DNA of 62,569 nt, the filler included, from Basidiobolus meristosporus CBS 931.73 (Eukaryota; Fungi; Basidiobolomycota), in the NCBI GenBank assembly GCA_002104905.1. It is 5 parts of 5 records of this genome, joined end to end, with 100 filler letters (N's around TTAATTAATTAA, not from the genome) between each part and the next. Parts side by side here need not be neighbours in the genome. Positions count along the whole stretch, not along the records: positions 26,596 to 41,646 come from MCFE01001158.1; positions 41,747 to 53,951 come from MCFE01001250.1; 3 more parts are not named here. One strand, 5' to 3'. The notes under the pieces were generated by a model. The model was given only the letters and a program-made list of their open reading frames with translations, searched no databases and had not been told where the DNA came from. Below are positions 39,940-51,538 of the stretch, one piece after another. Position 1 is the stretch's first letter. Each line of letters begins with the position of its first letter. A program made the translations under genes and the position numbers.

Positions 39940-40833
39940 TTACTGGCGGCGGGCAATGGTGGCGGTGATGTAGCCAGAGGGGTCACTGATGGGTTGGAAA
40001 ATGTCCATGTCCTTGCCCTCGTTGGGGAGGTTGAAAGGTTTCAAGTTAACGCTGATGTAGTGCTTGTTGGGAAGAGCATAGCTGATCTCGGTGACATCCA
40101 CATTCTCGGCCAAAACCTTCTCGCCCATCTTGTACATGGTGGCTTGAACAGAGGCAGAGTCATCAGTGGCGAAGGTGCCGAGGGTGATTTCACGAACGCT
40201 GCCGGCGATCTCGTCGAAAGGAATCTCCTCGATCTTGGACTTCTCCAAGTTATAGGTCCATTTGGCATCGACACTGGTGGAGAAGATACGGTCGGTGGCA
40301 TCTTGGAGAGTGGTATTCTCACAACGATGGAAGTTGGTGAATGAGGAGCCGGTGGACTTCAACACAAGAAGGTCCTTGAGGCGAGACTCAATGGACACCT
40401 TTCCATCACGGGAGACAGTCAACTCAACACGTCTGGTTTCGTCACCATCTCGAAGGAAGGAGTGGGGGTGGAGTTGGCCATCGATGTTGACACGGGTCCA
40501 GCGGTGTTGGACGAGCTTGATGTATACATGGTCAACATGGGAGTATCTGTTGATGAAGTGTTGGCCGATCTCGTAACCGAAACGCTCGATGGTTTGAACA
40601 TTATCAGACTTCTTGGCAAGAACATAGACGGTGTTCTTGACAGTGTCAGTGGGGACGACAACTGAGTTGTCAGCCTCGGTGTAGGAGGTCTCGAACTTGC
40701 CATCGAGGAGGACTTGAGCGGTGAGCTCAATAACATCATGCCAGTTCTTGGTGTGACGGATGACCTTGGTGACGCGCACCTTGGTCTTACCGTAGGCTTG
40801 TTTCTTCAAGTAGGCACCAGAGTTAGCAGACAT
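39940..40833 (-). CDS. Uricase (urate oxidase) paralog A, 297 aa, intronless
   Basis: YGKTKVRV, VVPTDTVKNTVY, LKSTGSSF, TTL..DRIFSTSV, SASVQATMY and LPNKHY; catalytic K, T, R, Q, N and H residues are present. The true ATG is at 40833 because the listed ORF starts at a TTG. Confidence 0.95.
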   Translation of the reverse strand: MSANSGAYLKKQAYGKTKVRVTKVIRHTKNWHDVIELTAQVLLDGKFETSYTEADNSVVVPTDTVKNTVYVLAKKSDNVQTIERFGYEIGQHFINRYSHVDHVYIKLVQHRWTRVNIDGQLHPHSFLRDGDETRRVELTVSRDGKVSIESRLKDLLVLKSTGSSFTNFHRCENTTLQDATDRIFSTSVDAKWTYNLEKSKIEEIPFDEIAGSVREITLGTFATDDSASVQATMYKMGEKVLAENVDVTEISYALPNKHYISVNLKPFNLPNEGKDMDIFQPISDPSGYITATIARRQ

Positions 40834-41360
40834 AATGTTGGATAGAAGACTGACAATATTGCTCAACCCCAACTGAGAGAGTGGGGGGATTTATATGAAT
40901 CGTTCGGTTTCACATCATTCTAGATACTCTCATATCAACATCCATCTCTATTTTGGTGAAGATTCATCTTCGGCCAAGTTACACAGGCAGAAGCACGGAG
41001 ATTGTGGGTACTTTAGATCTGCGCAGTACTGATAATCGATTCAATCTTGTGTCATTTCCCGCACCATCAATGAGAAATCTGCCTGTGTCCAGATAATCAA
41101 TTCCATCGACCCTCGTGAACTGGATAATTCTCTTTAGCCGTGGATGCACGCAAATCTGGTGACATAACCATGGCTAGGATATCTCCTGCAGTGTGTTGTT
41201 CCCATTTCCGAAATCCTTCTTCGAACTCAGTATACACATTGTGGTGGATATTGATATTGGATGCTGTATGGTGAATGAACATTAATTTATTTGCAACTTA
41301 GAGATCACAGTGAATGCATGCTTAATGATAAGTTAGGGTTGTTCCAAAAACTTGGTCCGC

Positions 41361-41646
41361 TTAGAACTTGTTTCCACGACGACCAATGGTGGCAGTAATG
41401 TAGCCAGAGAAGTCGGTGACTGGAGAGAAAATGGTCATCTCTTGGCCAGCGTTGGGGAAGGTTGAAGGGGGCAAGGTTGGTGGTGAAGTGATGGCTGTTG
41501 GGGAGTGCGTAGTACACATCACGGACTTCTGGGAAACGCTTCAAGATCAGCTCAGCCATGCGGTACATGGTGGCCTGGACTGAGGCAGAGTCATCAGCGA
41601 ACACATCAAGGGTGGTCTTACGGACTCCATCAAAGATGCGGTCGAA
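41361..41646 (-). CDS. Uricase paralog B, 3' fragment (5' part in the gap), with a +1 homopolymer frameshift near 41453
   Basis: FDRIFDGVRKTTLDVFADDSASVQATMY...YYALPNSHHF. Removing one C restores LPNAGQEMTIFSPVTDFSGYITATIGRRGNKF*. Confidence 0.85.
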
Positions 41647-41746
41647 NNNNNNNNNNNNNNNNNNNNNNNNNNNNNNNNNNNNNNNNNNNNTTAATTAATT
41701 AANNNNNNNNNNNNNNNNNNNNNNNNNNNNNNNNNNNNNNNNNNNN
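41647..41746. other. Artificial contig spacer 3
   Basis: N44-TTAATTAATTAA-N44. Confidence 0.98.
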
Positions 41747-42615
41747 CCGAAAATCTCGGGCTCCTTTTCGGCAGAGAGGTCGATACACTTGGCGTAGCAG
41801 CCACCCTCGATGTTGAAGATGCCATCATCCGACCAGCAGTGCTCATCATCACCGATCAACGAGCGACGAGGATCAGCCGAGAGAGTGGTCTTGCCTGTGC
41901 CGGAGAGACCGAAGAACAGGGACACATCCCCATCCGGGCCCTCGTTGGCACTCGAGTGGAGCGAGAGCACGCCAGCCTTTGGCATCAGGTAGTGCATCAC
42001 CGTGAAGATGCCCTTCTTCATCTCACCGGCATACTGTGTGCCAAGGATGACGAGCTCGCGTCTCTCGAAGCTGATGGCGACACTGGTGGTGCTGGTCATT
42101 CCAGAGGTGTATCTGTTGGCGGGGAACTGGCCGGCGTTGAAGATGGTGAAGTCGGGCTCGCCAAAGTTCTCGAGCTCCTCCTCAGTGGGGCGGATGAGCA
42201 TGTTTCTCATGAAAAGTGCGTGGTAGGCACGAGCGCACACAACACGGACCTTGATGCGGTACTTGGGATCCCATCCTGCGAATCCGTCAAACACATACAG
42301 TCTCTCGCGAGTGTTCAGGTAGTCCACCGCACGCTCATGGTTCACTCGGAATACTCGCTCCTCCAGGGGGATGTTCACTGGGCCCCACCAGATCTCACCG
42401 TCGGTGGACTTCTCTTGGACCATGCGCTTGTCCTTGGGGCTTCTGCCGGTCTTGTGTCCTGATCTGGTGACCAAGGCACCGCTGGAGGCCATGACGGTGC
42501 CAGGCTCATAGTTGAGAGCGTGCTCGTAGAGCTGAGCAACGGAGAGGTTGCGCAGGATAGGCTTGCTGTAGTCGATACCAGCTTCAGGAGCCAAGTGGAA
42601 ATCGGTATGGGTCAT
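41747..42615 (-). CDS. PCK1: ATP-dependent PEP carboxykinase, tandem copy 1 (3' half lost in the gap)
   Basis: Nearly identical to copies 2 and 3: [33 protein letters not shown] and LIGDDEH. Confidence 0.95.
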
Positions 42616-42668
42616 TTGTAGTTAGGCTTGGATATGATTATGAGTACGATTGAACCACTTTTGATATC

Positions 42669-42847
42669 TTTTATACAGCAACCATAGGCGTTGCCACCCT
42701 CCCACCCTCCGTTCTTGCCGTATCACAATACCAACTGAACCTATTCACCAATTGTCTGAATGGCAATACTTCTTACTATGGCAGTATTGTAATGGCTTAA
42801 TATCTAGACCTCCGCCTCCAGATCCATATTTTTGCACCCGTGATTCA
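42669..42847 (-). promoter_or_regulatory. Conserved PCK promoter blocks, repeated upstream of all three copies
   Basis: A TATAAAA box (plus strand ttttata) lies ~55-60 nt upstream of each ATG (42669, 44927, 47208). A shared block aatgg/ac..aata.ctag.cct..gcctc occurs at 42791, 45054 and 47320, and invariant cgtgattca at 42839, 45103 and 47369. Confidence 0.6.
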
Positions 42848-43274
42848 CAGCGGTTTCAGTTGCAGGTTATTTTATTTCCAATGCATTATATACCAGAATG
42901 TATTCCAATAAGGTAATTTTGCTCCAGTATATAGTATTCTTACCAGAGTTACTCCTAGAATGGTAATTATATCGGTGAAAATTCAATCGATTACAGAAAC
43001 TTGTATACAACAGTTACCAGCGTAATTACCAAGGGCTCACACGATCAAGGTATATGTATATGTTGTCCTCGACTAGTTTCGTTATCTTTTCACGAAATTG
43101 GAATACCCCATGATTTAATCGAGATTATGTGGATTTTGAATGAGTTTATATAATAAATGATTTAGCAACTATAAACAATATGTACGGATGCGTGGGAAAG
43201 TGAGATTGTTGAGAATGGAGGTAACTTTGATAGTAGTTTTCAAATATGCTTGACTTATGTACACCGTAAAATGC

Positions 43275-44873
43275 TTATACTCTGGGACCAGCGGCAATGA
43301 TTTCCTCAGTGGCCTGGTCTTGATAGATCTTGAAGTTCTCCTGGAATAGTCCGGCTAGCTTGCGAAGCGTGCTCTCGAACTCCTCCTTGGGCCCTTGCCA
43401 TGAGCTGACTGGGTTGAGGATGACATCTGGCACCTCGCTGCAGGTCTTGGGGATCATGAGGTTGAACACTGGGTACGCCTCGAACTCGACCTTCTCCAGC
43501 TCACCCGAGTGGATGGCGTTGATGATGGCACGTGAGTACTTGATGGAGATTCGCTCGCCGACTCCATAGGCACCTCCGTTCCATCCGGTGTTGATCAGCC
43601 ACACGTTGGTCTTGTGCTCCTTCATCTTCTCCGCCAACATCGAGGCGTACTTCACTGGATGCCAGGCCAGGAATGGCTGGCCGAAGCAGGCCGAGAATGT
43701 CGCCTGTGGCTCGGTGACTCCCTCCTCGGTACCGGCAATCTTGGCCGTGTATCCGGAGATGAAGTGGTACATGGCTTGCTCAGGGGTGAGTTTGGCAACT
43801 GGCGGGAGCACTCCGAACGCATCACATGTCAGCAGAAGGATGTTCTTGGGATGACCGCCAACGCAAGGAATCTTGGCGTTGGGGATGTACTCGATGGGAT
43901 AGGCACACCGGGTGTTCTCTGTGATCGATGAGTTGGTGAAGTCTACCACTCTGGTTTCATCATCGAGGACAACGTTCTCGAGGACTGATCCGAACCGGAT
44001 TGCCCCGAAAATCTCGGGCTCCTTTTCGGCAGAGAGGTCGATACACTTGGCGTAGCAGCCACCCTCGATGTTGAAGATGCCATCATCCGACCAGCAGTGC
44101 TCATCATCACCGATCAACGAGCGACGAGGATCAGCCGAGAGAGTGGTCTTGCCTGTGCCGGAGAGACCGAAGAACAGGGACACATCCCCATCCGGGCCCT
44201 CGTTGGCACTCGAGTGGAGCGAGAGCACGCCAGCCTTTGGCATCAGGTAGTGCATCACCGTGAAGATGCCCTTCTTCATCTCACCGGCATACTGTGTGCC
44301 AAGGATGACGAGCTCGCGTCTCTCGAAGCTGATGGCGACACTGGTGGTGCTGGTCATTCCAGAGGTGTATCTGTTGGCGGGGAACTGGCCGGCGTTGAAG
44401 ATGGTGAAGTCGGGCTCGCCAAAGTTCTCGAGCTCCTCCTCAGTGGGACGGATGAGCATGTTTCTCATGAAAAGTGCGTGGTAGGCACGGGCGCACACAA
44501 CACGGACCTTGATGCGGTACTTGGGATCCCATCCTGCGAATCCGTCAAACACATACAGTCTCTCGCGAGTGTTCAGGTAGTCCACCGCACGCTCGTGGTT
44601 CACTCGGAACACTCGCTCCTCCAGGGGGATGTTCACTGGGCCCCACCAGATCTCACCGTCGGTGGACTTCTCTTGGACCATGCGCTTGTCCTTGGGGCTT
44701 CTGCCGGTCTTGTGTCCTGATCTGGTGACCAAGGCACCGCTGGAGGCCATGACGGTGCCAGGCTCATAGTTGAGAGCGTGCTCGTAGAGCTGAGCAACGG
44801 AGAGGTTGCGAAGGATAGGCTTGCTGTAGTCGATACCAGCTTCGGGAGCCAAGTGGAAATCGGGATGGGTCAT
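43275..44873 (-). CDS. PCK1: ATP-dependent PEP carboxykinase, tandem copy 2, 532 aa, intronless
   Basis: Complete ORF with all PEPCK-ATP motifs ([40 protein letters not shown]). Confidence 0.97.
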   Translation of the reverse strand: MTHPDFHLAPEAGIDYSKPILRNLSVAQLYEHALNYEPGTVMASSGALVTRSGHKTGRSPKDKRMVQEKSTDGEIWWGPVNIPLEERVFRVNHERAVDYLNTRERLYVFDGFAGWDPKYRIKVRVVCARAYHALFMRNMLIRPTEEELENFGEPDFTIFNAGQFPANRYTSGMTSTTSVAISFERRELVILGTQYAGEMKKGIFTVMHYLMPKAGVLSLHSSANEGPDGDVSLFFGLSGTGKTTLSADPRRSLIGDDEHCWSDDGIFNIEGGCYAKCIDLSAEKEPEIFGAIRFGSVLENVVLDDETRVVDFTNSSITENTRCAYPIEYIPNAKIPCVGGHPKNILLLTCDAFGVLPPVAKLTPEQAMYHFISGYTAKIAGTEEGVTEPQATFSACFGQPFLAWHPVKYASMLAEKMKEHKTNVWLINTGWNGGAYGVGERISIKYSRAIINAIHSGELEKVEFEAYPVFNLMIPKTCSEVPDVILNPVSSWQGPKEEFESTLRKLAGLFQENFKIYQDQATEEIIAAGPRV

Positions 44874-45555
44874 TTGTAGTTAGGCTTAAACGTTAATCTG
44901 AGCGCAAGTAGAGTCTACAAGTTCCCTTTTATACAGTTATTTTATGCATTAACTCTGTCACCATTTTCATTTGTACTGTATTATACCACAATACTGATAA
45001 ATTCTTTCCACCGTTAGTCTGGATGGTAACGCTTCTTACTATGGCAGTATTGTAATGACACAATACCTAGGCCTCAGCCTCTTGAACCGTATTTTCGGGC
45101 CTCGTGATTCATTGTTGTTTCAGTTGAATGGATCTTAGTTCTCGCAAGCAATATATTCCGGAATATAAAACACAGGAACATTTTGGTTTCAAGTTGGTGT
45201 CACTCGTTCTAGTATTAACCCAGGATTGCAAATTACACAGCCTTGTTCGATCCAATGCCATTAGAGGTGGGCCTTGAAATTTAACAGTAACAAACGTAAC
45301 TACCAAGGACTTGTACGATCGTTGCATATATATATATATTTGTTGTCATTAACTAATCTTCATATACTGGCTTGAACAAATAGTACCCCATACTAGAATT
45401 GTAGATTTATGGAATCTTAATGAGTTTATATAATTGATGATTTAGCAGCTATGAACATTGTACACGGATGTGTGAGCAAAATGAGGTTATTTGGGTAGGC
45501 CAAAGCTTGAATAATGGTTTTCAGTTATGCTTGTATTATCTACACTATAACTTCC

Positions 45556-47154
45556 CTAAACTTTGGGACCAGCGGCAATGATTTCCTCAGTGGCCTGGTC
45601 TTGATAGATCTTGAAGTTCTCCTGGAATAGTCCGGCTAGCTTGCGAAGCGTGCTCTCGAACTCCTCCTTGGGCCCTTGCCATGAGCTGACTGGGTTGAGG
45701 ATGACATCGGGCACCTCGCTGCAGGTCTTGGGGATCATGAGGTTGAACACTGGGTACGCCTCGAACTCGACCTTCTCCAGCTCGCCCGAGTGGATGGCGT
45801 TGATGATGGCACGTGAGTACTTGATGGAGATTCGCTCGCCGACTCCATAGGCACCTCCGTTCCATCCGGTGTTGATCAGCCACACGTTGGTCTTGTGCTC
45901 CTTCATCTTCTCCGCCAACATCGAGGCGTACTTCACTGGATGCCAGGCAAGGAATGGCTGGCCGAAGCAGGCCGAGAATGTCGCCTGTGGCTCGGTGACT
46001 CCCTCCTCGGTACCGGCAATCTTGGCCGTGTATCCGGAGATGAAGTGGTACATGGCTTGCTCAGGGGTGAGTTTGGCAACTGGCGGAAGCACTCCGAACG
46101 CATCACATGTCAGCAGAAGGATGTTTTTGGGGTGACCGCCAACGCAAGGAATCTTGGCGTTGGGGATGTACTCGATGGGATAGGCACACCGGGTGTTCTC
46201 TGTGATCGATGAGTTGGTGAAGTCTACCACTCTGGTTTCATCATCGAGGACAACGTTCTCGAGGACTGATCCGAACCGGATTGCCCCGAAAATCTCGGGC
46301 TCCTTTTCGGCAGAGAGGTCGATACACTTGGCGTAGCAGCCACCCTCGATGTTGAAGATGCCATCATCCGACCAGCAGTGCTCATCATCACCGATCAACG
46401 AGCGACGGGGATCAGCCGAGAGAGTGGTCTTGCCTGTGCCGGAGAGACCGAAGAACAGGGACACATCTCCATCCGGGCCCTCGTTGGCACTCGAGTGGAG
46501 TGAGAGCACGCCAGCCTTTGGCATCAGGTAGTGCATCACCGTGAAGATGCCCTTCTTCATCTCACCGGCATACTGTGTGCCAAGGATGACGAGCTCGCGT
46601 CTCTCGAAGCTGATGGCGACACTGGTGGTGCTGGTCATTCCAGAGGTGTATCTGTTGGCGGGGAACTGGCCGGCGTTGAAGATGGTGAAGTCGGGCTCGC
46701 CAAAGTTCTCGAGCTCCTCCTCAGTGGGGCGGATGAGCATGTTTCTCATGAAAAGTGCGTGGTAGGCACGGGCGCACACAACACGGACCTTGATGCGGTA
46801 CTTGGGATCCCATCCTGCGAATCCGTCAAACACATACAGTCTCTCGCGAGTGTTCAGGTAGTCCACCGCACGCTCATGGTTCACTCGGAACACTCGCTCC
46901 TCCAGGGGGATGTTCACTGGACCCCACCAGATCTCACCGTCGGTGGACTTCTCTTGGACCATGCGCTTGTCCTTGGGGCTTCTGCCGGTCTTGTGTCCTG
47001 ATCTGGTGACCAAGGCACCGCTGGAGGCCATGACGGTGCCAGGCTCATAGTTGAGAGCGTGCTCGTAGAGCTGAGCAACGGAGAGGTTGCGCAGGATAGG
47101 CTTGCTGTAGTCGATACCAGCTTCGGGAGCCAAGTGGAAATCGGAATGGGTCAT
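45556..47154 (-). CDS. PCK1: ATP-dependent PEP carboxykinase, tandem copy 3, 532 aa
   Basis: Complete ORF. Its listed translation differs from copy 2 only at residue 4 (S vs P) and the penultimate residue (K vs R). Confidence 0.97.
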   Translation of the reverse strand: MTHSDFHLAPEAGIDYSKPILRNLSVAQLYEHALNYEPGTVMASSGALVTRSGHKTGRSPKDKRMVQEKSTDGEIWWGPVNIPLEERVFRVNHERAVDYLNTRERLYVFDGFAGWDPKYRIKVRVVCARAYHALFMRNMLIRPTEEELENFGEPDFTIFNAGQFPANRYTSGMTSTTSVAISFERRELVILGTQYAGEMKKGIFTVMHYLMPKAGVLSLHSSANEGPDGDVSLFFGLSGTGKTTLSADPRRSLIGDDEHCWSDDGIFNIEGGCYAKCIDLSAEKEPEIFGAIRFGSVLENVVLDDETRVVDFTNSSITENTRCAYPIEYIPNAKIPCVGGHPKNILLLTCDAFGVLPPVAKLTPEQAMYHFISGYTAKIAGTEEGVTEPQATFSACFGQPFLAWHPVKYASMLAEKMKEHKTNVWLINTGWNGGAYGVGERISIKYSRAIINAIHSGELEKVEFEAYPVFNLMIPKTCSEVPDVILNPVSSWQGPKEEFESTLRKLAGLFQENFKIYQDQATEEIIAAGPKV

Positions 47155-48100
47155 TTGTAGTTAGGCTTAAACGTTATTCTGAGCATTAGTGGAGTGCGCA
47201 AGTTCTATTTTATACAGTTACAGGCCTCGACATCTCGGAACCATTGGTTTATTTTATTTCACAACATAAATATAGGGTATCAGCCTGGATGGCATTGTTT
47301 TTTACTAAATCATCATAGCAATGGCTTAATATCTAGGCCTTCGCCTCCTTAACTATATTTTTCGAACTCGTGATTCACGGAGGTTGTGGTGTAGATTACT
47401 GCCAATCAAAAAGGCATCCCAGAATATGGAGCCCTGCGGCAATTCCTGTATACTACTTCCATTCCAGAATTAACCCAGAGTTGCCATTTGCCTGACCCAG
47501 ATGGGCCGAAAGAATATTAATCAGCTGAGAATATTATGAAACATAGGCTTAAAATTGTTGGCTGTAATACCGGATTACTGCGTACAAGCAATTTATGAAA
47601 GCCTCTAGCCACCAGGCAAGTTGTGTTGAAACTCGTCAGCCACGCCGCGACCGAGGTCGGTAGAGTCTGGCACCTCAGTGAGCAACTAGAATGTTATCAA
47701 TACCTGTCAACACATGAGTTCGAGTATGACGATGCCGGCCACTGGCTAATAACCATTCCCATACCCCACATTGTAGATTTCTCCTTTAAGCTCGGCAAGT
47801 ACGGATGACTGCCGGCTCCATGTTAGCAAATAAAGTATTGCCAATTTTACAGATTGGTGACATAGAATCGAGCCTTACAACGGATGAATATATCACCGAA
47901 AAATGAAGAGTAATTTAGTTTAATTAGTTTACAACCCGAGTAATTTATAAATATTGCAGGGTATATATGCATCATCTAATTAGATAGGTGAATAGATTAG
48001 TCTAATGGTAAACAGAGTGATGAGCAGAATTCTCAAAAATCATGTACAAAAAATGAGGATTGCGGTGGCGTTAATAAACGTCAGATTTGAAAGGCGCCAA

Positions 48101-49505
48101 CTAGAGGTCACGGACCAGACTTCTGACTGCATCGATGGTTCCAATGATACAACTGATCCAGCCGACAATCATCGTGATCGCACAAAGAACCAAATGCATC
48201 CAGCCTACATTTCTCCATCCGAAAAGCTTCAAGAAGAATGCTACTGGGAAGACAAAGATAATCTGGGTGTTCATCAAAGCACCAATCAAAGACATGAAAT
48301 CACCAATGGCGGGAACGAACATAGCAACCAGGCAGAACACCACGATTAGTGCGATTCTTAGGAGCGTGCGGAAGATAAACTCTTTAGCCTTGCCCATGTA
48401 GTTGGGATCGATCTTCAGATAATTCTCGATATCAAGCGAGAAGTTGATCAACAGAATGGGGGCAGTGAAGAGGATATGGAGGGTAATGGCCACACGAGCA
48501 GCAATGGTAAGCCCATTCATGTAGAAATTGTTGAATACCGGCGATTGGGTGGATTGACCATAAGCCAGATAACTGAAAACACCCGCTGCCATGTACATCA
48601 CCAAGGTAGTGAACATGGCTGCAGAAAGGACGGGGGTCCAAGCCTTCCGGTTGCGCATATTCAACTCTACAGAAGGAAACACCGGGCTTCCACCAAACGA
48701 CAAACTAATGGATGCTAGGGTAATGGGAAGACCCGACCCAATGATAAACTTGTGCTCGGTGTTAGCAGGACCGAGAGGTCCAGCATGATCATTACGATTC
48801 GAAATACCAACAATTGTAATGACAATTACGGTAAACAAGGTGGTGATAACCCCAAATACACTAAAATAGGAAAGAGTTAGTTTGTTACCCGAAATACAGA
48901 TTTGAAACCCATTAGACTTACGCCAACAAGTGCACCTCCTTCATATTCTTGAAGATCAAGAAGGGGACACAAACGACTGCGGCGGAGATGATGGTCCATA
49001 CTTTTAGGTTGATATCAGTTCCGGCATAATCGACCAACTCTTTCAGATTCGTGGCAATCAACATGATGAAAATACAACCGACACCAAAGTAAAACCACAT
49101 TACGAAGCACTGCACAACGTAATAACCCGGTTTGCCGAAGGCTGCCTCTCCGACTGCACTATAGCCGCTTAGACGAGTTTTCTTGTCGTGGTATAGGCAG
49201 AGGATGATAAGATGTCCGGTATAGATGCAAAGTAGACAGCAGAACACGGTGATGATGGTACCAAACCAACCACTCTGGGTGAAAGAGAAGCCCATCTGCA
49301 AGACGCCAGTTCCCGCAATAACGCACCTATCGATGGGAATTTGGAATCACGTAAATATGGGATGTGATGGAAAGAATCAACGCGAAATAGCTGCTTACAC
49401 AATGTTGAAAAAAGCAGCGAAGTTGGAGGATTGACCCTCCTCGGTGCTGGCCACCTCCACTATTTCACTGGAGTTAGTGAACTCGTTGCTCAATTTCTTC
49501 GACAT
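48101..49505 (-). CDS. Aa_trans (AAAP) amino-acid transporter, Avt1/plant-AAAP-like; introns at 49327..49398 and 48861..48921
   Basis: AAFFNIVCVIAGTGVLQM, SFGGSPVFPSVELNM, YLAYGQ and DFMSLIGAL; multiple TM helices. Confidence 0.9.
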
Positions 49506-50807
49506 ATATTTCGGCAAAAGAGATAAAAATTGCTGTCTATTAATATTGGCAACACTAGGCCCACCCGGGCTCTTATATCTGCACCAGGTCGTCATCACGA
49601 TTGGTCAAAGAGCTTAGTAAAAAAACCCATATAAGTGCTGTCTAAAAAGGGAAGCGTCAAACATTGGTAAAGAACGTGAATTAGGAAGCGTTAAACCCAA
49701 TGGTATCCGTTGTCTGATCGGCTAGTGGTTGAAGAAGCAACTCTCCGTCAAATCGGGTAATGTATCCACACTAATGTCAAGTGGCCTAACGCACTGGTTG
49801 GGGATCCACTTACCAATTAGTGTTAAGGCTTTCATTCTAGAAGGCTAATATTTATCGCTCAGATTCGCCCGACAAATCAAGTACAGACGTACCAATTACC
49901 AATGCGATAAATCGCTCAGCTTGATCGAATGACCCGCTGGATTGTGATACGGCGCTAGCTATTTTCAACCTGTGAGCCACGTTGTAGACATTCCCTAATA
50001 TAAGTGATATACACTGAGAGTGCTCTATTTCCTGGTAAAACATCTCCATACATCGATGGGTCATAATAACTCATTCTCCATCTAGGAAATGCTACGATTG
50101 ACTGCAAAACTAGCGCATCTGAATTGAATCCTTATCCAGGAAATGCTTTGTCAGCAAGGCCTGTGCATCGGAATTGTCACCATGTCCAAGAAACACTACC
50201 ATGACTGGCGAAAGAACCTCACCTCACACGAGCAAACCTCTGTGATCACTGTAGCACCCAAAGATACACTCTGCGGCAGTTGTGTGAATTGAACCGAAAA
50301 CAATACCTGGTTCGAGGTGCGATTGATATTAAGCTTAATTGCAAGATATAGGTCAAGCTTCCCGTTTACTCCAAAAGATGCATCCGAAAATAATCTCGCC
50401 ATTCAGAATGGTGTTGGACTCTACTATATGGGTATTAAAATTTACCATTTACTGGGGACGAGTTCAATTATAAACATTTTTGCGCTATCTTTGCGCTATC
50501 TATGTTGGTATCCAGGCCTTGGTCCTAAATATTTTCCCTACTGTTCTTGATGGTGAGATCACCTTCATTATTTGGAAAGCCGATAGCTGGTTCAAGAAGG
50601 TAAGAGTAATCATGACTCATGTTAATGACCTCGACTGTTTTGGAATGTCTGGATGGATTTATTATGTTTCGGTTTAATCGAGAACTTATCCAATCTTGTC
50701 TAAATTTGACCATCATCGATGTTTCCAGTGGCAAGTTTAGTTGCGTCAATAGATGATTAAATATAGGGAGAATTGAGTAGCTCAACCTCTCCATCACTAC
50801 GGTTTAT

Positions 50808-51538
50808 CTATTTATGCTTCTTAGAAGAGATGGCTTTTTGTGCCACAGCCATGCCCCGATAAATGGCTCCCCAAGATTGGTTGATCAAGACAATCGGGAT
50901 GATGGTCCAGAATGCGTTCATGACAACGAAGTAGAACCAAAAGTAGAGAGGATGAGGATCACAATGTGGGGAGCCCTCAAACAAGGTGGTAAGATAGTAC
51001 AGCACACATCCGTAGAGTTGGCAGATGGAGACCGAGATTTGAGCAACATGGCGGCCTGGAGAGTTGGTGTAAATGGCATAAGCAGTATAAAAGGCTAAAG
51101 GACCATCAATGAACTACGATAAAGACAGGTTAGGTTCGGAGAGCGCTCGCGATATTCATAGTGGAAAATACTTACTGCGGTGATTCTCTCCATGTTGACG
51201 ACAAAGGAGTCGCTGCTTAAATATCTTGAATCTCCCTTGGAGTACTCCTTCCAAACCTGGCCCAAGATGGCTTGGTCACCAGCAAGTGAGGAATGAAACA
51301 CGGCGAAATAACCTTCGAGGAACATATGGATGAAGCCACAAATAACACACCACATGAAGATCAGTCTATCTCCAGCGCTAACTCGCTTTCTGAAGATGAT
51401 GATGCCGGCAGCCAAGAGAATGACACCGAAAGTGGAAAACAACACCGTTAGAATGTAGTCCATTCCTAAAGTGTTGGCAACATAGTGTGGTAATAGGAGA
51501 TCTCGAGGGTAATACGGGTGGTTAACTGGTGTGGCCAT
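50808..51538 (-). CDS. EBP: EBP-type 3-beta-hydroxysteroid delta8-delta7 isomerase; intron at 51114..51175
   Basis: HPYYP, ICGFIHMFLEGYF, WKEYSKGDSRY, MERITA, YFWFYFVVMNAFW and a C-terminal KKHK ER-retrieval signal. Confidence 0.92.

Noticed and set aside
40834-40872. 13-aa N-terminal extension of uricase A (MGLSNIVSLLSNI) as a possible targeting peptide
   Set aside because: The ORF track starts at a TTG; the first ATG is at 40833.
39930-45560. Cryptic peroxisomal signals by stop-codon readthrough in uricase A or the PCK copies
   Set aside because: Translating past the stops gives no terminal SKL-like tripeptide (uricase A gives LD*; the PCK extensions end otherwise).
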